DNA of 35,235 nucleotides from Candidatus Undinarchaeota archaeon (GTDB lineage Archaea > Undinarchaeota > Undinarchaeia > Undinarchaeales > UBA543). Within the stretch, counting starts at the first letter, position 1, and each line of letters starts with the position of its first letter. Below, piece after piece: positions 27,845 through 35,184 of the stretch. Position numbers and translations under genes: made by a program. The DNA is taken from the NCBI GenBank assembly GCA_964567575.1, contig CAZMMZ010000001.1, positions 1 to 35,235 of the forward strand. The letters are read 5' to 3'. Below the pieces are notes generated by a model. It was not told the origin of the DNA and made no database searches. It saw only the letters and a program-made list of their open reading frames with translations.

Positions 27845-30196
27845 TTATACTTCGTAAACTGTTTTACCAGCTAGGCTTGCTGTATCCTTTGTTAGGATTG
27901 CAGCTGCTTTTGCTGTACCAGCTCTGTCGGAACCTGCAACAACAATTGCGTACTTTCCAGTAGCAAATGCATCTGCAACAAGTTCAATTACACCAGCACC
28001 AGCTGAAGCAATATCAGCTGTTGAACCAGCAGCACCGATTGTCTTTGTAAGTTTTCCTTCGGTCTGTAGGCCGTTCACAAGTGTGTTGACAGCTGGACCA
28101 CCAACAAGAACCAAGTTGTAACCGGTCTTGTCAGCTGAAGTTACATCAGTGTCAAGTTTGGAGATAGCTGATGGTAGAGTTGCTTTTGTAACTCCTCCAA
28201 CGCTTCCTTCAACCATAACTTGCATGTCGCCTACTGCAACTGTCTCGCCAGCTTCTGCACTTATAGGTGTGCCTTCAAGTTCAGCTTGGGTACCAACAAC
28301 ATATTCACTGAAGAGCTGCTCTTGTGGAGCTCTCAATGAAACTAAGGTTTGACCGACACTGTCCACATATGTTCCCCATCGTGTGTAGTAATCACGGGTT
28401 AGAGGTGTGGTTGTTCCTTCTCTTGCGATGAAGTCAACAGTTGTGTCATATTCAACATAGTTTGCGTTGTGTGTGTACTCATCCTCAAACTGACCAACAC
28501 TGCTTGCAGCTGAAGAGTTGTAGGACATAGTTATGTTATAACCAGTTGATGTAACATCTGTGGTTGGGTCTGAGATAGAGAAGTTACCCAACTCTGTCAT
28601 GTTTCCCTGTGTTGCTCCGCCTGATGTTGAGTTACCTACATAGTACATCAACATGTTGTTAGAGGTTGTCAACTTAATGTATGGTCTGTTGGTTGACAGC
28701 AATGGTATTGGAGAACCAGTAACACGTGTGTATGTCAATGTTGATTGACTTGGGTCTTTGTAGAACCATCTGTTCATATTCATACTGGAATATGAACTGG
28801 TGTTTGCCTCTGTTGTGTTAATCCATATTTCATCCGTAATCATGGATGTATTTGAAGAATCCTTGTAGGAAATGTATTCTCCGCCAGGGGTTCTAATACG
28901 TAGTACTGCTTGTGCAGCACCATTTTTGTCCAAATCACGGGTTGTTGGCATAATGTCAATGTCAACGAATGCTGGTTCTTCTCCATACTTGTCTGTTAGA
29001 CCGTTGTATGTTAAACCGAACAAATCGTTTGGTGACATTATAGAATCGCCTGGATACAACACAGTGTTAGTTGAACTAACAGTTGTGTGAGGCTCTGTGT
29101 CTACAACCTTGAGGTATTTAATACTGGTTTCTGAACCAGAAACTTCATGGGTTGTTTGCCAAGTTGTCTCAGTTCCATCACCGAGTTTTAGGTAGCCACC
29201 ATCCTCAAGTTTGAGAATACCAGCACCAACTACAACCTGTGCTTCTCCTTCATTTGTTCCAGAAGTTGTAACAACAGCGTTCTTAACGTAAACTTCAATA
29301 CCTGCAAGTGTCTCTGTGCTGCCAGAATCTACATACTTTGTTTCTGTAGTTCCGCCGCTTGTAACAGTGACTTTTGCTTTGTATGTGTTACTTGTACCAG
29401 CTGCGTAAATACCACCGAGTGTGGTCTCAACGCCACCAATAGTGATTGAAGGGTCTGCAGTTGTTAAAACAACTTCAGCATCGGATGCACCGAGTTTAAT
29501 TTGGTCATTAATAACGGCAGAAATAACTGTGTATTCCTTACCCATGAACCAAAGCTTTTTACCTTTCAAATCAGCACCAGCAACAGATGTAATGAAGTAC
29601 AGTTGATATTCTACTGCATTTCCTTGGGTTTCAAGGAAAATTTCATCAAATTTGTCCCCGTCATTTGTGTCTTTCTGATCACGAAGTGATTTGATTTTAC
29701 TAAGGTCAACATCTACTTTCTCATACCAATTAATTTCAGTAGAGTTGATGTATAGTGCACCTTTGTCTTTGTAACTGTAGAGATACTCTACAATTCCATC
29801 ACCAGATGCGAATCCAGCTGCTCCGATTGTGTCGGTTGATGCATTTGATCCACCGAACTCGAAAGCGCCTTCTGCATCCTGATCAAATTCTACGTGTCGT
29901 TTGACACCACTAACGTCTGTGGAGATTGGTGTAAGGGTTACTCCCCCTTCGCCAGATCCCTCTGTTAATACGTTCTGACCGATATACGCACCCATGTTGA
30001 TTGCACTGACAACGTCAGCTGTTGCTGCGTTAGCACCAACCACAATCATTCCGCCGACAACACCGTCAGCTACCATGAGGTCCGTATAGTCGCCTAAATC
30101 TTTTGTGTCCGCAGCTAGAGCTGCACCTGCTAGGGTTGCGCCAATCATGACGGCAGACCCGAGAGCTGCTCCAACTTTCTTCCACATGCTTTGCAT
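27845..30196 (-). CDS. S-layer glycoprotein (Methanococcales/Thermococcales-type S_layer_N and S_layer_C domains)
   Basis: KKVGAALGSAVMIGATLAGA signal, VVGANAATADVVSA (N domain), LVLVGGPAVNTLV and IVVAGSDRAGTAKAA (C domain), GGAGGT SD, ten sequons. Confidence 0.92.
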   Translation of the reverse strand: MQSMWKKVGAALGSAVMIGATLAGAALAADTKDLGDYTDLMVADGVVGGMIVVGANAATADVVSAINMGAYIGQNVLTEGSGEGGVTLTPISTDVSGVKRHVEFDQDAEGAFEFGGSNASTDTIGAAGFASGDGIVEYLYSYKDKGALYINSTEINWYEKVDVDLSKIKSLRDQKDTNDGDKFDEIFLETQGNAVEYQLYFITSVAGADLKGKKLWFMGKEYTVISAVINDQIKLGASDAEVVLTTADPSITIGGVETTLGGIYAAGTSNTYKAKVTVTSGGTTETKYVDSGSTETLAGIEVYVKNAVVTTSGTNEGEAQVVVGAGILKLEDGGYLKLGDGTETTWQTTHEVSGSETSIKYLKVVDTEPHTTVSSTNTVLYPGDSIMSPNDLFGLTYNGLTDKYGEEPAFVDIDIMPTTRDLDKNGAAQAVLRIRTPGGEYISYKDSSNTSMITDEIWINTTEANTSSYSSMNMNRWFYKDPSQSTLTYTRVTGSPIPLLSTNRPYIKLTTSNNMLMYYVGNSTSGGATQGNMTELGNFSISDPTTDVTSTGYNITMSYNSSAASSVGQFEDEYTHNANYVEYDTTVDFIAREGTTTPLTRDYYTRWGTYVDSVGQTLVSLRAPQEQLFSEYVVGTQAELEGTPISAEAGETVAVGDMQVMVEGSVGGVTKATLPSAISKLDTDVTSADKTGYNLVLVGGPAVNTLVNGLQTEGKLTKTIGAAGSTADIASAGAGVIELVADAFATGKYAIVVAGSDRAGTAKAAAILTKDTASLAGKTVYEV

Positions 30197-30283
30197 AGCT
30201 TTTTACCTCCATGTATATTGAGAGACTGTTGTAATGTCGTAAAAAAACAAAACAAAAACAACAACAATACTATATCGTTCAAA

Positions 30284-30296
30284 AATACTATATAAG
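30284..30296 (-). promoter_or_regulatory. Probable TATA box of the S-layer gene
   Basis: Minus strand CTTATATAGT, giving a predicted TSS near 30265 and a leader of about 70 nt. Confidence 0.5.
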
Positions 30297-30311
30297 TGTT
30301 TCTATACGGCT

Positions 30312-30755
30312 TTAGGATTTTTTCTGGCTAGGTGCAGTGCCTTTTAGCCGATTTATTTCCCCTTGGGCCGCGAAAACTGAGTGAGCAAGAGAAACAACAA
30401 CACTTGAAATATCGGCGAGGATATTCTCTGCCTCTCCGGCGTTCAGCGAAAGGTTCTTTGGCGATAATATCTGAGCGCTTGAAGGAGAATACATTAATGC
30501 AACATATGCTAATTTTCCGAAATCTCTTGCTACGAATTTAACTTCAACGTGACTAGATAACATGTCGCCTTCTAGCGATTCTGGGTCGTGAAAGTTCTTC
30601 TCATAGACTTTAATTTTTTCTTCTTTTTCTAGGCGCTCAATCATATTCTTTAGAGCGTCCTCTACATGTTCCTTATCATTTCCCTGAACTTCAATGATGA
30701 TGGCGGCGTTTATCCATCCGCCATCTTCGATTAGTTCTCGAATCTTGTCATCCAT
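30312..30755 (-). CDS. Hypothetical archaeal protein (alpha/beta N-terminus, helical C-terminus)
   Basis: 147-aa ORF with IIIEVQG, SSHVEVKF and YSPSSAQILSP. It resembles an uncharacterised archaeal family from memory; not verified. Confidence 0.7.
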   Translation of the reverse strand: MDDKIRELIEDGGWINAAIIIEVQGNDKEHVEDALKNMIERLEKEEKIKVYEKNFHDPESLEGDMLSSHVEVKFVARDFGKLAYVALMYSPSSAQILSPKNLSLNAGEAENILADISSVVVSLAHSVFAAQGEINRLKGTAPSQKKS

Positions 30756-31321
30756 TATACCTCTAGGTTGAAAGTTAGGGTTTTTATATTATTCGATTTG
30801 TCTGCATCTTTTCCAAACCCAGAATAGTCCATAATTTCAAAAGTTATTGTATGTTCACCAGGCCCTGAGAACTTTTTGGTGTATGTTCGTGTCATTGATT
30901 TCTTAATGACCGCTTTGTAAGGACCGTATTCTTGCTCCACACCATCAATTGTTCTTTTGAGAACAAGACCACCTGCTGATTCTGAACCATAATTTTTAAC
31001 AGCGAGTTTGATCTGAACTTTTAAAGGATCAGTCTCGTCTGGAATTATATACAGGTCTTCTAGAACTAATTCATTTGCAGCTCCAGATGCAACAGAGGGG
31101 TTGCTAGAAGTTTTTTCAACAACAGGCGTAATTTTGTGAGCTGACTGAGATGCATCTGACCCAGTTACTGAGCTCGCTACTATATTACCAGTAGTGTTTT
31201 CAAATCCGAATATTCTGACAGCCCCTATCACTAAGAAAAACGCAGCAAAGACCGCAAGAACTTTCCAGTTGAATTTGCTTTGCCCTCCTCCAAGAGACTT
31301 TAAAATGTTTTTAATTTCCAT
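30755..31321 (-). CDS. Membrane-anchored CARDB/Ig-like domain protein
   Basis: N-terminal TM, Ser/Thr linker, then ELVLEDL...VKNYGSESA...GEHTITFEI...DADKSNNIKT (CARDB-type NN ending). Confidence 0.75.
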   Translation of the reverse strand: MEIKNILKSLGGGQSKFNWKVLAVFAAFFLVIGAVRIFGFENTTGNIVASSVTGSDASQSAHKITPVVEKTSSNPSVASGAANELVLEDLYIIPDETDPLKVQIKLAVKNYGSESAGGLVLKRTIDGVEQEYGPYKAVIKKSMTRTYTKKFSGPGEHTITFEIMDYSGFGKDADKSNNIKTLTFNLEV

Positions 31322-31439
31322 AAAAAAAGAGCATTAAAAAATACTTATAATGTTTTTTTAACTTTCGTGGGTTTCTGAAGTGAGAAAATAATAACCAGAA
31401 ATAATATAAGCCGCCATGAGATTTTACTTATTGATTAAA

Positions 31440-31745
31440 ATGGTTGAAGAAATTACTGATGCAAATTTTGTTGAGAAGACTGGTGGTGGATTAGTTGTGG
31501 TTGATTTTCACGCTACTTGGTGCGGACCGTGTAAAATATACGGACCAGTTTTTGAAGAGGTTGCTGGACAGTATTCTGATATAAAATTCTTCAAAATGGA
31601 CAATGATGCTAATCAAAAAGGGAAAGAGTTAGGTGTAATGGGTGTTCCAACAACAATATTCTTCAAAGACGGAAAGGAAGTAGATAGACAATCTGGTGCA
31701 ATGCCTGCAGAGACACTAAAAAGTAAAATTGACTCATTAAAATGA
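31440..31745 (+). CDS. trxA: Thioredoxin
   Basis: VVDFHATWCGPCK, GVMGVPT. Start set at MVEE (31440). Confidence 0.95.
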   Translation: MVEEITDANFVEKTGGGLVVVDFHATWCGPCKIYGPVFEEVAGQYSDIKFFKMDNDANQKGKELGVMGVPTTIFFKDGKEVDRQSGAMPAETLKSKIDSLK

Positions 31746-31834
31746 GATAGTAGTGACATAAGTGAAGTTGAACCAGAACAAAGGGAAAACCCTTAAATAC
31801 TTCCGTGCCAGAGTAAAAAGACAGGGAGAGAACA

Positions 31835-32092
31835 ATGGCAAGAATACCTTTTAGAGAAATACAAGCAAAGACTGTCGTGTCAGAAGGCGGCAGAATGTTC
31901 GGGAAAGTACTGGACTTAACAGTTGACGTATCAACTGGTGAATTAATCAACCTTTTAGTTGAACCAACAAAATACATCACTGCTCATTTTGAAGACCTTG
32001 TACAAGACCACAGAGGCCGATTGTTATTGCCATTCAGTTCAGTAACTGCTGTTGGTGATTTTGTCCTTATTAACGAGCAAGACGTTATTTAA
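31835..32092 (+). CDS. Stand-alone PRC-barrel protein (CdpB-like)
   Basis: KTVVSEGGRMFGKVLDLTVDVSTGELINLLVE...LPFSSVTAVGDFVLI, the archaeal PRC-barrel pattern. Confidence 0.85.
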   Translation: MARIPFREIQAKTVVSEGGRMFGKVLDLTVDVSTGELINLLVEPTKYITAHFEDLVQDHRGRLLLPFSSVTAVGDFVLINEQDVI

Positions 32093-32134
32093 TTAGCGCT
32101 AGTTTTAAATAAAAGAATAATAACAGTATTAATC

Positions 32135-33031
32135 ATGATATTGGTTCTTTCAGATTTGCATATTGGTGCTAATGAGCACAGTGGACACAGAAACAATCGT
32201 GGATCACCAGAAGAAATTGAAAAGGTGTTTAAAGCTGTAGATCAGAAAGTTGATACTTTAATTATTACAGGAGATTTATTTGAAAGCAGGTGTCCTGCTG
32301 ATAAATTGAAAATATTAGTGGACAGAACTTTTAAAGTTATAAAGAAATATATGAAACCCGGAACAACTATTTTTTACATAGCAGCTGACCATGATATTCT
32401 TCATGACAAAATTAATCCCGGGAAAAATTATTTGAAGATAATAAAACCAGCATTCATAAAAAAGTTAGGGCTGAAAGATACCAGACAGATTATAGATGAA
32501 TTAACACCAGAACAAGATTTTGATAATGTTGAAATACGGCCAGAGCGGGTTTTTTTGACATTGGGGGAAAAGAGACTTGTGTTTATGCATGGTGATTTTG
32601 GGGAAAAAATATGGAATATGGCAATTGAATTTGAATCAACAGGAAATAAGGTTACAAATAAATTATCAAAATTTTTTATACGGAATATTTGGGACAATAT
32701 GATGAACTTATTAGGAAAGCTATCAGAAATACCAAAGAAACGTGAACAAAATCGGTATATTGGACAGGTTTCACGGGTTTTGAAGAAAAATAATATAGAT
32801 GTTTCAGCTGTTTTCTTCGGTCACTTACACCGACCGTTTATTCAAAGGAAAAAATCTAAAAAGAAAAAACCATTGATGGTAAGTTTAGGATCTTGGGGAT
32901 TGTACCCAGTTAATAAAAACAGCCCGGGGATACGGAATTTTGCCACAATTTCAAACAAGCTTGAAGTAAATTTATATTCTTTAAATCATGAAAATGGGGA
33001 AGAACCAATAGCTACTGGGGCAATACTTTAG
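32135..33031 (+). CDS. Calcineurin-like metallophosphoesterase
   Basis: SDLHIG, TGDLF, ADHD (variant of GNHD), MHGD, FGHLH. Confidence 0.85.
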   Translation: MILVLSDLHIGANEHSGHRNNRGSPEEIEKVFKAVDQKVDTLIITGDLFESRCPADKLKILVDRTFKVIKKYMKPGTTIFYIAADHDILHDKINPGKNYLKIIKPAFIKKLGLKDTRQIIDELTPEQDFDNVEIRPERVFLTLGEKRLVFMHGDFGEKIWNMAIEFESTGNKVTNKLSKFFIRNIWDNMMNLLGKLSEIPKKREQNRYIGQVSRVLKKNNIDVSAVFFGHLHRPFIQRKKSKKKKPLMVSLGSWGLYPVNKNSPGIRNFATISNKLEVNLYSLNHENGEEPIATGAIL

Positions 33032-33572
33032 ATAAAATTTTCCCAATTTTTTGTTTGAATTCTTCCAAGGTCCCTTCATTAACAATTTGATAATCAGCTT
33101 TGCTGATTGTTTCAGCAAGACCCCAACTCAATTCTTCTTTGTTCCGCCACTTAAGGCCTGCTTCATCAACTGGGTCATCCTTTCTGGTTTTTGATCTTTT
33201 CTTGAGCCGGGATAGACACACTTTGAAAGATGCATTAACAGAAATAAGAATAAAATCCTTACCATACTTTTCCTTGAAAATATCAATTTCTTCAGGAGAA
33301 CGAATACCATCAATAACAATTACATCTTCTGATTTAGCAAGTTTTTTAATTGCAGGAATAGCGAGTTCTGCAGCTACACCACGACCGCGATCTTTGCGGA
33401 TATCTGTTGCGAAATTGCGGATATTTTCATGCGTCACCTCAATGTTTTGCTTGTGCATTTCATCCTTAATTCCGTTGCTCATAACAACTTGTTTGTATCC
33501 TCGGTTAATGAGCTCTTTTGTTAATTCTCCTTTACCAACGAGCGGCATGCCGGTTATTGCTATGATTTTCAT
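33012..33572 (-). CDS. P-loop nucleotide kinase-like protein (UPF0200 / dephospho-CoA kinase-like)
   Basis: ITGMPLVGKG Walker A, VIDGIRSPEE, R..R..R lid, ADYQIVNEGTLEEF. Confidence 0.85.
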   Translation of the reverse strand: MKIIAITGMPLVGKGELTKELINRGYKQVVMSNGIKDEMHKQNIEVTHENIRNFATDIRKDRGRGVAAELAIPAIKKLAKSEDVIVIDGIRSPEEIDIFKEKYGKDFILISVNASFKVCLSRLKKRSKTRKDDPVDEAGLKWRNKEELSWGLAETISKADYQIVNEGTLEEFKQKIGKILSKVLPQ

Positions 33573-34237
33573 TTAATTCCGTGAACCTCTTCTTCAATTC
33601 TTTGCAAGAATTTAATCATATATGCTATTCGTTTTTCAGACATTCTCTGTGCGGTTTGCGTATACATGCGTTCGGATCTGTTGAGCATATGATCTTGGAT
33701 GAATCTAACAGTTCCGCGAACATCTCGTTTAATATTTCCACCATATGTAAATGTTCGGCCAATACCAATAGCCCCTAACGCATCTAAATTATCAGCATCA
33801 GACAGAACTTTTGCTTCAAGTGTTGATGGCGCGTCTCCGTGTCTTGCCCGGTGTTGTTTAATTGCAGTAAACACCCCTTTCATTTTCTCGCGAGGGAAAT
33901 TAATACTTTTGAGAATATCTTTTGCATAATATGCAGAAGTTTCTGCATGATCGGCACCGATTCCTTCTTCAATAACTCGCCCTAAATCGTGAAGCAGCGC
34001 CGCAGTTAAAACAATAAGAAGATCTGCCCCTTCCCATCGACCAATGTGATACGCAAGATTGTAAACTCTCTGCGTGTGATCGAATCCATGCGAAATGCTT
34101 TTCAAATTCTCTTTTGAATATTCCTCAACTTTTCGTATAAGTGCGGATTCATCAGGAGACACCAGGCGCTCAAGCTCTTTTGAGATTGTCCATTCCCTCT
34201 CCTGTAATTTTTTTATATCACTGCCATTGGTTATCAT
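33569..34237 (-). CDS. HD-domain phosphohydrolase
   Basis: SHGFDHTQRV, AALLHDLGR, DHAETSA, LSDADNLDALGAIGIGR. Confidence 0.92.
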   Translation of the reverse strand: MITNGSDIKKLQEREWTISKELERLVSPDESALIRKVEEYSKENLKSISHGFDHTQRVYNLAYHIGRWEGADLLIVLTAALLHDLGRVIEEGIGADHAETSAYYAKDILKSINFPREKMKGVFTAIKQHRARHGDAPSTLEAKVLSDADNLDALGAIGIGRTFTYGGNIKRDVRGTVRFIQDHMLNRSERMYTQTAQRMSEKRIAYMIKFLQRIEEEVHGIK

Positions 34238-34407
34238 TTTTCATCAACCCCCAAATCTTTTCTTAGCTGGGCTCGGACTGCGTTGCGCACGTACTCGCTT
34301 ACGGAAGCGTATCCCCCACCCCCCTTCTTAATGTACGCCAACACCTGTTTGTAGTGCGCTTCTGGTATTTGCACGGTTTTCCATTTTGTTGCCCAGTTTT
34401 TTGTCAT
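34234..34407 (-). CDS. Ribbon-helix-helix (CopG/Arc/MetJ) DNA-binding protein, 57 aa
   Basis: Not in the track. MTKNWATKWKTVQIPEAHYKQVLAYIKKGGGGYASVSEYVRNAVRAQLRKDLGVDEK shows the beta strand TVQIP, helix A, and the Y.S.SE.VR.AVR helix B. ATGA overlap with the HD gene; TATA-like AAATATATAT about 30 nt upstream. Confidence 0.85.
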   Translation of the reverse strand: MTKNWATKWKTVQIPEAHYKQVLAYIKKGGGGYASVSEYVRNAVRAQLRKDLGVDEK

Positions 34408-34528
34408 TTAGTTTCCAGATTAGTTAATTTAGGTGATATATATTTACTACGTGGCCCATATATAGTTTTCTATAGCGCGGGGAAGCGCTTTCAAAACATA
34501 TATAAACCCAAATATACAATAGAGTATT

Positions 34529-34634
34529 GGGAGGGAGAGATAGTAGCTTTGTTAAGTGATTACTCGATAAAGCTCGGCCTCTCACCATTATATTCTTGGA
34601 GGTGGGGCGACAAGGCATGTCGCCTCTTTTCTCT
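34529..34634 (+). ncRNA. Candidate small structured RNA or orphan leader
   Basis: TATATAAA at 34499-34506, G-start about 23 nt downstream, several hairpins, and a final GC-rich hairpin followed by UCUUUUCUCU. No convincing ORF. Confidence 0.4.
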
Positions 34635-34675
34635 AATCTGAAATTATTGAAAAACTAGAGTAGTTGGGAAAATAA

Positions 34676-35142
34676 TTATTTTTTAAAAACAAGTTTAAGA
34701 GTTCCAACAGCAGCGTTTTTATTGAGAGAGAAAGACACTGTTGCCACAGAAATTTTCCCGACAGTTGATAAATTCTCAAGTGTGATCTTTCCAAAAAAAG
34801 GTTTTGTAACATCAGTTTCCTTTTTAAATTTCTTGTTAGATTCAACAATAAACATGTTTTCTTTCATAAAGATTAGATACTCTGCGAAAGACATGTTTTC
34901 AAACCCCTTTAATTTTTTATCTAAAATCGCTTTAGCAAAAAAACATAGCAGATTTGATTTAAACACAATTGCGCTTCAACATCAGTCATATGCCCAAGAT
35001 CTTCCATATACTCTGTGATGCCTAATTTAAATTCACCGTTACAAACAAATTTTTTCCCAAAACTTATTTTAGCAGATTTCAAATACCGATAGCCTGGTTT
35101 GTATATTCCAACAACATCATCCACGATTTTAGATATTTCCAT
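34676..35142 (-). pseudogene. FcoT-like hotdog thioesterase split by a frameshift at a T7 run (pseudogene, slippage-expressed gene or assembly error)
   Basis: Joining ORFs 34921..35142 and 34676..34966 at A7 (34937-34943) gives ~155 aa: ...RYLKSA...GEFKLG..EY...GHMTDVEAQLCLNQICYVFFAKAILD...SFAEY...MFIVESNKKFKK...AAVGTLKL. This is colinear with the mycobacterial FcoT pattern as I recall it (RYL..A, GNF.IG, GHFNAVE..LCFNQ..Y..FA.A.L, SRFRK, AASGEIEL). Confidence 0.75.
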
Positions 35143-35169
35143 TATAGTGTTATTGGGTTAGGACTTATT

Positions 35170-35184
35170 TAAGAGTAACTCTTA
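35170..35184. promoter_or_regulatory. Palindrome TAAGAGT-A-ACTCTTA, candidate operator
   Basis: Perfect 7-bp inverted repeat between TTTATAAA (35193-35200) and the FcoT-like start codon. Confidence 0.4.

Noticed and set aside
9167-33929. Numerous 60-160 aa antisense ORFs in the track (e.g. 9167..9586, 19319..19855, 19552..19989, 33100..33576)
   Set aside because: They lie opposite well-supported genes and show the Ser/Phe/Ile-rich composition typical of reverse-frame shadows in A-rich coding DNA.
34234-34407. Calling the RHH protein CdrS (cell-division regulator)
   Set aside because: The similarity is only the generic RHH pattern, and no ftsZ is adjacent.
34529-34587. Possible tRNA or split-tRNA half (ends in ACCA)
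   Set aside because: No TPsiC loop (GTTCRA), no D arm and no anticodon arm geometry. Kept only as an unclassified RNA candidate.
34354-34641. Track ORFs 34354..34641 (+) and 34424..34618 (-)
   Set aside because: No motifs; they overlap the RHH gene, its promoter and the structured element, and have atypical composition.
34556-34642. Possible box C/D sRNA (GUGAUUA ... CUGA)
   Set aside because: The boxes are about 80 nt apart with strong intervening hairpins and no clear internal D'/C' boxes, which does not fit typical archaeal guides.
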